Source: Desulfuromusa sp.
GTDB lineage: Bacteria > Desulfobacterota > Desulfuromonadia > Desulfuromonadales > Geopsychrobacteraceae
Assembly: GCA_027858895.1 (NCBI GenBank)
Contig: JAQIBX010000178.1
Coordinates: 193 to 64,192, forward strand
Reading direction: 5' to 3'
Length of the DNA stretch: 64,000 bases
Shown here in pieces: positions 36,688 through 45,592 of the stretch (the first letter of the stretch is position 1; each line of letters starts with the position of its first letter). The position numbers and the translations under genes are program-made. The notes beneath the pieces were generated by a model. That model was not told where the DNA came from and ran no database searches. It saw only the letters and a list, made by a program, of their open reading frames with translations.

Positions 36688-38070
36688 ATGGATTACTACC
36701 TCCCGGTTTTCGCCGGTGTCATCGCCCTGGCCTCAGTCATCCTCGCACCTAAGGCTGAAAATGCAGGTGCTTTTTTTCAAGGGCTTAGTGCGACAGGGCG
36801 ACAGCCTGGTTTGCTGGCTCTCACCCTTTCTCAGGTGACCACCTGGATCTTTGCCCGTTCGCTGATGAACGCCGCGATCCTTGGTTTCTATTATGGAATC
36901 TGGGGCACTTTGGCCTACGCCTTTTACTATTTTTCTTTTTTGACAGGGGGAAGGATCGTTGACAGCCTGCGTTTTGAGCATGGCTGCAGCAGCGTTCAGG
37001 ATTTCCTGCGCAACCGGTTCGGCCACTGGGGGACCGGCTGCTACAATTTTGTCATCGGCATTCGATTGATTAGTGAGGTCTTCGCAAACCTGCTGGTTAT
37101 CGGTATCCTTTTCGGCGTCGCTGGCAGCACCGCTTACACCTGGACGATTCTCGCCTTCTCAGCCATTACCCTCTTCTATTCAATGCTCGGTGGTCTGCGC
37201 GCTTCGTTGCGCACCGATGTGTTTCAAATGGTGATCTTTCTCGGCACCCTGATACTGCTGATTGCGCTGGTCGTTTTCAATCAAAATATCTCTTTAGGTG
37301 ATCTCGCCTTTAAGCCCTTTGTCTTCGATCAGCCCGGGCCGATTTTGATGCTGGTCGCATTGTTGCAAGTCTGGAGCTACCCGATGCACGACCCGGTGAT
37401 GATGGATCGCGGCTTTCTCGCTGACCGTGAGACGACACGCAAGAGTTTTCAACACGCCGCCTGGATCAGCATCATCTGCATTGTCGCCTTCGGTTGCCTT
37501 GGTGTCCTGGCTGGTGCGCATGCGGTTAAGGGGGCAAGCATGAACGAGACCCTGATCCTTCTGCTGGGAACGGCACCGATGATGCTCTTCAATGCTGCGC
37601 TGGTGATTTCGGCCATGTCGACTCTCGACAGCACCCTGTCGAGTTCGGCTAAACTGCTGGCGGTTGATATGGCTGTGATGAAGATGAGTCTGCGCAACGG
37701 CCGCGCGGTGATGGCGGCGTTCATGTTGATCGGGCTCATGCTGGTTTTCTGGGGGAACAAGGATCTGTTCAGCGCGGTAGCTGTCAGCGGCACCGCCTCG
37801 CTCTATCTGGCACCGGTGATCTTCTTCTCCCTCTGGGGCAAGCGCGACAATATTCCGCTCTGGAGTTACCTGTTCAGTTTTGTACTGGCGATTGCCGCCG
37901 CAGCTCTCTACTTTACTGAGTCGAGCGGCTACAGCCAACTCCTCGGCGATGCGCACAAGTACACCAAGTTGCTCTATCTGACCGTTAGCGTACTCGGTCT
38001 CGGCTGCCTAGGTTTCTGGCTGGGCGGGAAAACCACGCCACAGGCGGAACAAAAGGATCAGATTGCATGA
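36688..38070 (+). CDS. Sodium:solute symporter (SSS)-like polytopic membrane protein
   Basis: 460 aa with about 12-13 TM helices and the motif MLGGLRASLRTDVFQ, reminiscent of the SSS family. The substrate is unknown. Confidence 0.5.
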   Translation: MDYYLPVFAGVIALASVILAPKAENAGAFFQGLSATGRQPGLLALTLSQVTTWIFARSLMNAAILGFYYGIWGTLAYAFYYFSFLTGGRIVDSLRFEHGCSSVQDFLRNRFGHWGTGCYNFVIGIRLISEVFANLLVIGILFGVAGSTAYTWTILAFSAITLFYSMLGGLRASLRTDVFQMVIFLGTLILLIALVVFNQNISLGDLAFKPFVFDQPGPILMLVALLQVWSYPMHDPVMMDRGFLADRETTRKSFQHAAWISIICIVAFGCLGVLAGAHAVKGASMNETLILLLGTAPMMLFNAALVISAMSTLDSTLSSSAKLLAVDMAVMKMSLRNGRAVMAAFMLIGLMLVFWGNKDLFSAVAVSGTASLYLAPVIFFSLWGKRDNIPLWSYLFSFVLAIAAAALYFTESSGYSQLLGDAHKYTKLLYLTVSVLGLGCLGFWLGGKTTPQAEQKDQIA

Positions 38071-38951
38071 GTGAATCGGCCCAACCCTTGGATCTTGGAC
38101 GGTTGAGCGGGCCGGTGCTGGTTTTCGGTGGCCCCTACAGTAATCTGGCCGCCACCCGGGCGATGCGGCAGCGGGCTGATGATCTGCAGATTCCCTCAGC
38201 GCAAGTCATCTGTACGGGTGATGTGATCGCCTACTGCGCGGAACCGCAGGAAACTCTGCAACTGATTCGCAACTGGGGAATTTCTGTGGTACAGGGCAAT
38301 TGCGAAGAGTCGCTGGGGGCTGATGCTCCCGACTGCGGCTGCGGTTTTGCAGAGGGGACAACCTGCTCACTGCTCTCGGTGGAATGGTACCAGTACGCCA
38401 CCCGCAAGATCTCGACCGATGACCGGGTCTGGATGCAGAACTTGCCCAGATCGATAACCTTCAAGTTGGCCGGTCGCACCCTCAAAGTCGTCCACGGTGG
38501 CGTCAACCAGAATAACCGTTTTATCTTTCCCTCAACCCCGGAGGCGGTGAAGCGCGAGGAATTGGATCTGGCCGACAGCGACATCTTGATTGGTGGACAC
38601 AGCGGCATCCCCTGGGGGCAGAAAATTGATCAGCGGGTCTGGCTTAACTCCGGAGTCATCGGCCTTCCCGCCAACGATGGCACCCCGGACGGATGGTTTC
38701 TGCTGCTTAGCCCAGAGAGGGGTGACATCCGTTGCAACTGGCAGCGGTTAAGCTATGCGGCCGTTCAAGCTGGCCACAATATGTGTGAAGCCGGATTACA
38801 GTCGGGCTATGCCAAAACGCTGGTGACCGGTCTTTGGCCCAGCATGGATGTCCTTCCTGTTGCCGAGAGGAGCCGGCGTGGAAAAGCCATCGTAATGGAA
38901 GATTTAGTGTACACAGGGCGGAGTTCCTGGGCCCATGATCCGATCATCTAG
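38067..38951 (+). CDS. Cytoplasmic metallophosphoesterase-family protein
   Basis: 294 aa with a calcineurin-like motif series (GDVIAYC, QGNCE, VVHGG, GGHSG). It has a 4-nt overlap with the upstream gene. Confidence 0.65.
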   Translation: MSESAQPLDLGRLSGPVLVFGGPYSNLAATRAMRQRADDLQIPSAQVICTGDVIAYCAEPQETLQLIRNWGISVVQGNCEESLGADAPDCGCGFAEGTTCSLLSVEWYQYATRKISTDDRVWMQNLPRSITFKLAGRTLKVVHGGVNQNNRFIFPSTPEAVKREELDLADSDILIGGHSGIPWGQKIDQRVWLNSGVIGLPANDGTPDGWFLLLSPERGDIRCNWQRLSYAAVQAGHNMCEAGLQSGYAKTLVTGLWPSMDVLPVAERSRRGKAIVMEDLVYTGRSSWAHDPII

Positions 38952-39606
38952 ACAGCCTCTAAAAAATGCTTTTGGCTGTCTCTGGCTAGGCCTGTTTTTG
39001 CTGGCCCTAGTGCTCTGGTGGCGCTCGGGCATTGCCTTGACGGCAATCCCGGCTTTGCTTGAACACTGGTTGTCCGAGGTCGGATTGTTCAAGGCTGCGC
39101 TGATTTATATTGTTATCTATGCCGTGCGGCCACTGATTCTTTTTCCTGCAACTCTGTTGACTGTAGCATCAGGCCTGATCTTCGGCCCCTGGCTAGGAAC
39201 CCTCTTTACTATTATTGGTGAAAACGCCAGCGCCAACGTTGGGTTTACTCTAGTTCGCTGGTTTGGCCGAGAAACCGTGGAGGCACATTCAACGGAGTGG
39301 CTTAGCCGGTGGGATGAAAAACTGAAACAGAATGGCATCGTTGCAGTCATGACTATGCGGTTACTTATGTTGCCCTTTGATGCGGTTAACTTTGGCTGCG
39401 GACTGACCGCTATTCGTCATCGCGATTATGCGATCGGTACCTTTACCGGCATTCTCCCTTCGCTGATCGGTTTTGTCCTGCTCGGGGGTGTCGCAGCCTC
39501 GGGAGTACAAAACCGCATCCTGGTGTTGAGTTTGTCTGCCCTTTTTATGTTGCTCGGTTTCGGTTTTGCTCGTTACCTCAAGCGCCGGGAAGTCGCAATT
39601 AAATAA
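38935..39606 (+). CDS. TVP38/TMEM64 (DedA superfamily) membrane protein
   Basis: 223 aa, multi-TM, with DedA/SNARE-associated-like motifs (PATLLTVASGLIFGPWLG). It has a 17-nt overlap with the upstream gene. Confidence 0.7.
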   Translation: MIRSSRQPLKNAFGCLWLGLFLLALVLWWRSGIALTAIPALLEHWLSEVGLFKAALIYIVIYAVRPLILFPATLLTVASGLIFGPWLGTLFTIIGENASANVGFTLVRWFGRETVEAHSTEWLSRWDEKLKQNGIVAVMTMRLLMLPFDAVNFGCGLTAIRHRDYAIGTFTGILPSLIGFVLLGGVAASGVQNRILVLSLSALFMLLGFGFARYLKRREVAIK

Positions 39607-39624
39607 TATTGAAAGAAGATACCC

Positions 39625-40290
39625 ATGAATACCCTGACGGTCCGTAATGTTATTTTTAGAACCGATGAGCTGTTTGAGCTGCAGCTTGAGCGCGGTGACG
39701 TCCAGTTTGAACCGGGTGCCTGTGTGGCACTATTTAGCAATAGCACTGAATCGCGTCCCTACAGCATTGCCGCTGGAACAGGGGAAGAGATTCTGCGTTT
39801 CCTGATCCGACGGGTTTCAAACGGCATCGTCAGCAATTGGCTGGCACAGCGTAAGCCGGGGGATAAGGTATCGGCCAGCGCACCTTTCGGCTGGTTCCGG
39901 CCCGGTCGCGCCGTCGCCGGGACACGTAGCGTTTTTATTGCCACCGGAACCGGCATCGCCCCCTTTTTGAGCTACCTCCGCAGTAACCCTCAACGTCTGC
40001 CAGAACTCTGCCTCTATGGAGTGCGTCGGCAGACGGAAGCTTTCAACCTTGAAGAACTACAGCAGATCGATAATTTTCGTCTGGCTCTGTCCCAGGAAGA
40101 AGTCAACGGCCACTTTCATGGGCGTATCACCGGACTGCTGGAACAGATCCCTTTTGCAGATGACATCCACTATTATCTTTGCGGACTCGATACCATGATC
40201 GACGAAACCAGCATTTGGCTGGAAAATCATGGTGTCGCCTACACGCAAATTCACCGGGAGATCTTTTTTTATGAAGATGGACAACTCTAA
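39625..40290 (+). CDS. Ferredoxin-NADP reductase-like FAD/NAD(P)-binding oxidoreductase
   Basis: 221 aa with RPYSIA (the RxYS FAD motif) and ATGTGIAPFLSY (NAD(P) motif). Confidence 0.75.
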   Translation: MNTLTVRNVIFRTDELFELQLERGDVQFEPGACVALFSNSTESRPYSIAAGTGEEILRFLIRRVSNGIVSNWLAQRKPGDKVSASAPFGWFRPGRAVAGTRSVFIATGTGIAPFLSYLRSNPQRLPELCLYGVRRQTEAFNLEELQQIDNFRLALSQEEVNGHFHGRITGLLEQIPFADDIHYYLCGLDTMIDETSIWLENHGVAYTQIHREIFFYEDGQL

Positions 40291-41182
40291 CCAATGGCAT
40301 TGTACCAGTCAGAATGAACCACGCGGTTATATCCAGCCGCAAAGTCTTGATGAACTCTGGTTTCATGCTGGAACCAACTGCAACCTGCGCTGCCCTTTTT
40401 GTCTTGAAGGATCTAAGCCGGGGGACAATCGCATTGAATTTCTGACCCTGACTGACGCCCGGCGTTTTATGGATGAAGCGCTGGAGTTTGGGGTTAAAAA
40501 GTTCTCTTTCACTGGCGGCGAACCCTTCGTCAATCCCGAGTTCATTCAGATTCTCGACTATGCCTTGGAGCTCCGCCCCTGTCTGGTATTGACTAACGCC
40601 ACCGAACCGCTGATGAATCAAATTGGCGATGTGCTCCCTTTGCTGGACAGGCCGAACTCTTTAAACTTCCGGGTCAGTCTCGATCACCCGGATCCGGTCA
40701 AACATGACGAATCGCGCGGGCGGGGGAACTTTAGAAAAGCCCTCGCCACACTGGGACGCCTTTATCGGGAGGGCTTCGGCGTGTCGATTGCCCGACTGAT
40801 GCTGTCCGGCGAAGACAGTGCCACCGTGGATTGCGCCTATACCCCCTATTTCGAATCCGCCGGAGTACCGCTCGACCTGACGATCATCAAATTCCCCGAT
40901 TTTCATCTGCCCGGCTCTCTCCCCCAGGTTGCGGAGATCACTGAAACCTGCATGACCCGCTATTTAAGTGCCGAACAGCGTGATAAATTCATGTGCAACT
41001 TCAGCAAGATGATCGTCAGGAAGAATGGTCAATGCGGGGTCTACGCCTGTACCTTGGTCGATGATGTCGAAAACTACGATCTTGGCAAAACCCTGCACGA
41101 AGCGATGGAAAAACGTGTTCTGTTGGGACATCATCGCTGTTACTCCTGTTTTGCCGGTGGTGCCAGTTGCTCTGAGGGGTGA
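40271..41182 (+). CDS. Radical SAM enzyme with a Cys-rich C-terminal domain (possibly ArsS/TIGR04167-like)
   Basis: CNLRCPFC is the CX3CX2C motif, and GGEPF is also present. The C-terminal Cys cluster reads CGVYACTLVDD...HHRCYSCFAGGASCSEG. The start (ATG 40271 or 40277) overlaps the upstream stop. Confidence 0.75.
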   Translation: MKMDNSNQWHCTSQNEPRGYIQPQSLDELWFHAGTNCNLRCPFCLEGSKPGDNRIEFLTLTDARRFMDEALEFGVKKFSFTGGEPFVNPEFIQILDYALELRPCLVLTNATEPLMNQIGDVLPLLDRPNSLNFRVSLDHPDPVKHDESRGRGNFRKALATLGRLYREGFGVSIARLMLSGEDSATVDCAYTPYFESAGVPLDLTIIKFPDFHLPGSLPQVAEITETCMTRYLSAEQRDKFMCNFSKMIVRKNGQCGVYACTLVDDVENYDLGKTLHEAMEKRVLLGHHRCYSCFAGGASCSEG

Positions 41183-41300
41183 GCTGGAACCAACTCAGTT
41201 TTTCAGAGAGGGCACGTCTGACCTTCTAGAGTCTTAGGCGAGCCATTGTAGTGCTGCTTGTTGACAACCAAAAAGAAGACATGATAGGTTATGTTTAAAT

Positions 41301-41318
41301 AAACCGAACGGTCTGTTT
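41301..41318. promoter_or_regulatory. Candidate TetR operator (imperfect palindrome)
   Basis: AAACCGAACGGTCTGTTT is self-complementary at 14 of 18 positions. It lies 17 nt upstream of the tetR ATG and downstream of a TTGACA (41261-41266). Confidence 0.3.
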
Positions 41319-41334
41319 TTTTGGAGGCAAGGTT

Positions 41335-41934
41335 ATGGCAACAAAAGGTGAACAAACCAGAGAAAAAATACTGAAAGAGGCCAATCAGGTATTTAAGTGC
41401 AAAGGCTTTGGTGCAACCACGATCAACGACCTTCTTGCCGCTTCAGGGACAACAAAAGGAAATCTTTATTTTCATTTTTCCGACAAGGAAGCCATTGGTT
41501 TAGAAGTCCTTAGAGGCGAACAGCAATCGTTTTACCGGTTCCTTGAGCAAGCTTTTCAAGGGAAATCACCAGCTGCGGGTCTGGATAATTTTTTTCAAAA
41601 AGCGCTGGAAAAACAATCTCGTCAAGGTTTTGTCGGTGGTTGTTTGTTTGGTAATACAGCTCTCGAAACCAGTGATACGGCGCCGGTTTTCGCCGGTCTG
41701 GTTCAGGAGGTTTTCGCCGAATGGATTAGAAAGTTTGAGCAGCAAATTACCTTAGCCCAGGGTGTTGAACAGATCCGCACCGATGTCTCGGCCGGTGAAC
41801 TTGCCGAAATGGTGGTCGCAACAATTGAAGGGGGCATTATGCAATCTCGATTACAGAAATCCGAAACACCCTTAAAACGCTCTCTGGAGACCTTGAGAAA
41901 GGTTCTGGAGCTGAAGACACAACCTCATAATTAA
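41335..41934 (+). CDS. TetR/AcrR-family transcriptional regulator
   Basis: 199 aa with an N-terminal HTH (FKCKGFGATTINDLLAASGTTKGNLYFHF). Confidence 0.9.
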   Translation: MATKGEQTREKILKEANQVFKCKGFGATTINDLLAASGTTKGNLYFHFSDKEAIGLEVLRGEQQSFYRFLEQAFQGKSPAAGLDNFFQKALEKQSRQGFVGGCLFGNTALETSDTAPVFAGLVQEVFAEWIRKFEQQITLAQGVEQIRTDVSAGELAEMVVATIEGGIMQSRLQKSETPLKRSLETLRKVLELKTQPHN

Positions 41935-41954
41935 TTTATAGAAAGGGCATCATC

Positions 41955-42482
41955 ATGGCACGAATTTCAATGGTTGAGCCAACCTCGGCCGATAGTCAGG
42001 TACAGGAACTGTTCGCAGAAATTAACGCAGCTTTTGGCCGGATCCCCAATTTATTCAAAGTTTATGCTCATCACCCACCGCTTCTGGAAGCGAACTGGCA
42101 TAAGGTTAAACGGGTGATGATGGAGGGGGTTTTACCCCGAAAAGTGAAAGAATCGATCGCTGTTTTGGTCTCGATGGATAATAGCTGTAGCTATTGCATT
42201 GCTGCTCATGAAGGAGCATTGCAGAGCATCGGGATTTCATCTGAAGAGATTCAGATGATTAAAACTGATCTTGATAGTGCTGACTTTACCGAGAAGGAAA
42301 AAGCCCTCATCAAGTTCGCGCGTAAGGCAAACTCTGCCCCTTTACAAGTGACCGATGAAGAAGTTGGAATCGCCCGTACCGCTGGGGCAACAGATGCAGA
42401 ACTTGTTGAGGCTCTGGGAGTTATGGAGGTTTTCACCGCATTTAACAAATTTTTAGATACTCTTCAGGTTGAACTTGGATAA
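41955..42482 (+). CDS. Carboxymuconolactone decarboxylase / AhpD-like family protein
   Basis: 175 aa with the CxxC-type motif NSCSYCIAAHEG. Confidence 0.75.
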   Translation: MARISMVEPTSADSQVQELFAEINAAFGRIPNLFKVYAHHPPLLEANWHKVKRVMMEGVLPRKVKESIAVLVSMDNSCSYCIAAHEGALQSIGISSEEIQMIKTDLDSADFTEKEKALIKFARKANSAPLQVTDEEVGIARTAGATDAELVEALGVMEVFTAFNKFLDTLQVELG

Positions 42483-42511
42483 CGGTGTAACAATTTCTAA
42501 AAGGCAAAGTT

Positions 42512-44653
42512 ATGAATAGTCGTACTACCAAAATAAGTATTCTAGCGGTCATTGTTGTCCTGGTTGCCAGTTTTTTCATCTTTGATCTGGGGCAATATTT
42601 GACTTTGGGTTATCTCAAAAGCCAGCAACAGGTCTTTAATGACTATTATCAGCAGAACCGGTTTTCGACCTTGCTGATTTATTTTGTTATTTACATCCTG
42701 GTCACGGCTATGTCTCTGCCGGGGGCAGCAGTGATGACCCTTGCCGGTGGAGCACTGTTTGGCCTCTGGACCGCTGTGGTTGTGGTCAGCTTTGCCAGCA
42801 GCATCGGTGCAACTCTGGCATTTTTGGTTTCGCGTTTTCTGTTGCGCGATTGGGTGCAAGGAAAGTTCGGCGATAAGTTGCAGGCAATCAACGATGGGGT
42901 AGAGAAAGAAGGCGCCTTCTACCTTTTTTCTCTCCGTCTGGTTCCCCTGTTTCCGTTTTTTGTCATCAATCTGGTGATGGGACTGACACCGCTCAAAACC
43001 TCTCTTTATTACATTGTCAGCCAGGTTGGGATGTTGGCTGGAACCTTTGTTTACGTCAATGCTGGAACCCAGATCGGCCAACTTGAAAGTGCCGGTGGCA
43101 TTCTGTCTCCCGGTCTTTTGATCTCTTTTGCCCTGCTTGGCATATTTCCTCTCCTCGCAAAGCGGATTCTTGGGGTTTTCCAAGCGCGAAAAGTTTTTGC
43201 CGGGCATCAAAAACCGCAAAAGTTTGACTATAATTTGGTGGTACTGGGTGCCGGAAGTGGTGGTTTGGTCAGTTCTTATATCGCAGCAGCCGTCAAAGCA
43301 AAAGTGGCATTGATTGAAAAGCACAAGATGGGTGGCGATTGTCTTAACACCGGTTGTGTTCCGAGCAAGGCTCTGCTGCGGAGCGCCAAGATGCTCTCTT
43401 ATGCAAAACGGGCCAAGGAATTTGGTTTTGAAAAGACCGAGGTAGAATTCGATTTTGCCAAGGTCATGGAGCGGGTACAGCAGAAAATCGATCAGATAGA
43501 GCCACATGATTCGGTAGAGCGCTATACCAGTCTCGGCGTTGAGGTGATTGAAGGGGAAGCAAAAATAACCTCTCCCTGGACAGTTGAAGTCAACGGGAAA
43601 ACCTTATCGACCCGAAGCATTATTATCGCCACAGGAGCAAAACCCTTTGTTCCACCGATCAAAGGATTGGATCAAATTGATTATCTGACCTCAGATAATT
43701 TGTGGTCACTGCGGGAGCTTCCGGGAAAACTGGTTGTGCTGGGCGGTGGACCGATTGGTAGTGAGATGACTCAGGCGTTTGCCCGGTTGGGGAGTCAAGT
43801 GACACAGGTTGAAATGGGCTCCCGTATCGTTGGGCGTGAAGACCCTGAGGTCGGTGATTTTATTCAGCAGAAATTTGAAGAGGATGGAGTTCAGGTTCTG
43901 ACCGAACACCAGGCGCAAGAAGTACGGGTTGATAGCGATCACAAATGGTTGGTGTGTGAACATCGTGGGGAGAAAATTGAAATTGAATTTGATCAGCTCC
44001 TGATTGCGGTTGGTCGTAAAGCAAATGTGACCGGGTTCGGGTTGGAAGAGCTGGGTGTTGAGATTGCCCCACGTGGAACCGTTGTCAGCGATCCTTTTCT
44101 GCGGACGAACTTCCCCAATATCTTATGTGCTGGGGATGTCACTGGTCCTTATCAGTTCACCCATACTGCTGCACATCAGGCCTGGTATGCTGCGGTTAAT
44201 GCTTTGTTTGGACAGTTCAAGAGTTTTAAGGTCGACTACCGGGTAATTCCCTGGTGCACCTTTACCGATGCTGAAGTTGCCAGGGTCGGTCTCAATGAAA
44301 CAGAAGCAAAAGAACAGGGAATCCCGTTTGAAATTACTCGCTACGGAATTGACGATCTAGACCGGGCGATTGCCGACAGTGAAGATCATGGTTGGGTCAA
44401 GATCCTCACCAAGCCAGGGTCTGATAAGATTCTAGGTGTGACAATCGTTGGTACTCACGCTGGAGATCTACTCGCAGAGTATGTCCTGGCGATGAAGTAT
44501 AAGCTCGGTCTGAATAAAATTCTCGGGACGATTCATACCTATCCGACTCTATCCGAGATGAATAAATATGCTGCCGGTGAATGGAAGCGGGCGCATACTC
44601 CAGAAAAGCTTCTCGGCTGGGTAGAAAAATATCATACTTGGCGCAGAGGATAA
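42512..44653 (+). CDS. Fusion of a TVP38/DedA membrane domain with a class-I pyridine nucleotide-disulfide oxidoreductase (MerA/Lpd-like)
   Basis: The N-terminal ~230 aa are multi-TM. They are followed by VVLGAGSGG, the redox-active disulfide GGDCLNTGCVPSK, a second dinucleotide fold VVLGGGPIGSE and a dimerisation-domain HTYPT-type ending. Confidence 0.8.
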   Translation: MNSRTTKISILAVIVVLVASFFIFDLGQYLTLGYLKSQQQVFNDYYQQNRFSTLLIYFVIYILVTAMSLPGAAVMTLAGGALFGLWTAVVVVSFASSIGATLAFLVSRFLLRDWVQGKFGDKLQAINDGVEKEGAFYLFSLRLVPLFPFFVINLVMGLTPLKTSLYYIVSQVGMLAGTFVYVNAGTQIGQLESAGGILSPGLLISFALLGIFPLLAKRILGVFQARKVFAGHQKPQKFDYNLVVLGAGSGGLVSSYIAAAVKAKVALIEKHKMGGDCLNTGCVPSKALLRSAKMLSYAKRAKEFGFEKTEVEFDFAKVMERVQQKIDQIEPHDSVERYTSLGVEVIEGEAKITSPWTVEVNGKTLSTRSIIIATGAKPFVPPIKGLDQIDYLTSDNLWSLRELPGKLVVLGGGPIGSEMTQAFARLGSQVTQVEMGSRIVGREDPEVGDFIQQKFEEDGVQVLTEHQAQEVRVDSDHKWLVCEHRGEKIEIEFDQLLIAVGRKANVTGFGLEELGVEIAPRGTVVSDPFLRTNFPNILCAGDVTGPYQFTHTAAHQAWYAAVNALFGQFKSFKVDYRVIPWCTFTDAEVARVGLNETEAKEQGIPFEITRYGIDDLDRAIADSEDHGWVKILTKPGSDKILGVTIVGTHAGDLLAEYVLAMKYKLGLNKILGTIHTYPTLSEMNKYAAGEWKRAHTPEKLLGWVEKYHTWRRG

Positions 44654-44723
44654 TTTCCGCCAGGTTATAAATCCGCAGAAAAAGAATCAACATTTTTCAA
44701 AACTATTTTCACAGGAGTTACCA

Positions 44724-45185
44724 ATGAAACAATTAAGTTTATTGCTCGTATTGTGTTTTGTCCTCATCAGCACTTCCACCGTTTTGGCTGCAGATGGTCT
44801 TACTTCTCTCAAAAGTTCTTATTCTCCAGCGGAAACCATGAATCGTTTTGAAGCCATTGCCAAGCAAAAAGGGTTGAATATTTTTGCCCGCATCAATCAC
44901 ACTGCCGGCGCCGCGAAGATAGGGAAAACCCTGCGTCCGACTGAAGTATTGATCTTCGGTAACCCTCAGGGAGGTACCCCGTTTATTGAGTGCGCTCAGA
45001 CGGTCGGAATCGATTTGCCACTCAAGGTTCTTGTCTGGGAAGACGCTGACGGGCAGGTGTGGCTTGGATATAACGATCCGGTTTATCTGGCACAGCGGCA
45101 TGGAGTTGCGCAATGTCCGGCAGCTGGGAAGCTCGGTAAGGCTCTGGCTGGACTATCAAAAGCTGCTCTGATGGTAGAAAAGTGA
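44724..45185 (+). CDS. Secreted DUF302-domain protein
   Basis: Signal peptide, then a DUF302-like core (VLIFGNPQGGTPFI..DLPLKVLVWED). Confidence 0.65.
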   Translation: MKQLSLLLVLCFVLISTSTVLAADGLTSLKSSYSPAETMNRFEAIAKQKGLNIFARINHTAGAAKIGKTLRPTEVLIFGNPQGGTPFIECAQTVGIDLPLKVLVWEDADGQVWLGYNDPVYLAQRHGVAQCPAAGKLGKALAGLSKAALMVEK

Positions 45186-45550
45186 TAAAAACCATCTGGG
45201 GTTTTATCTTCCTGCTTTTTTTGGTATTTCCCGCTCTGCTTTTCGCTGGTGAAGCGGATGTCATCAGAGTCGAGGTTGATAAGTCCGGCAGTGTGTATAA
45301 TTTTAACGTGACGGTTAAACACGGCGATGAAGGTTGGCAACATTATGCCAACAAGTGGGATGTTGTCAGCCCCGCTGGTCAAGTGCTGGGAACCCGGGTT
45401 CTCTACCATCCACATGTCAACGAACAACCCTTTACCCGCAGCCTGTCAGGGGTTGCTATCGATGCGGGAATAAGTTCAGTGATTATCCGTGCCTACGATC
45501 TGGTGCATGGCTACGGCGGAGCAGAAATGAGTGTCGAATTGCCCAGATAA
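45182..45550 (+). CDS. Secreted hypothetical protein, no recognisable family
   Basis: 122 aa with a signal peptide and His-rich motifs (KHGDEGWQHY, YHPHVNEQPF). The GTG start overlaps the DUF302 stop (GTGA). Confidence 0.55.
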   Translation: MIKTIWGFIFLLFLVFPALLFAGEADVIRVEVDKSGSVYNFNVTVKHGDEGWQHYANKWDVVSPAGQVLGTRVLYHPHVNEQPFTRSLSGVAIDAGISSVIIRAYDLVHGYGGAEMSVELPR

Positions 45551-45592
45551 AACTTATATTCGGGGGCTTGAAATGAAAATCCGGATCAGCCT

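Noticed and set aside
41180-41221. Possible selenocysteine read-through of the radical SAM TGA stop (related families include selenoproteins)
   Set aside because: Read-through would add only 12 residues (AGTNSVFQRGHV) before a second TGA. The Cys of the conserved ...ASC... motif is already encoded as Cys. The only downstream hairpin (tcaga-N9-tctga) is weak and lacks SECIS-like features.
42542-43507. 321-aa minus-strand ORF antisense to the TVP38-reductase fusion
   Set aside because: It is antisense to an ORF with clear domain motifs, and the translated product is low complexity (Q/K/H-rich). Similar shadow ORFs are 37294-37956, 40127-40621 and 45767-46270.
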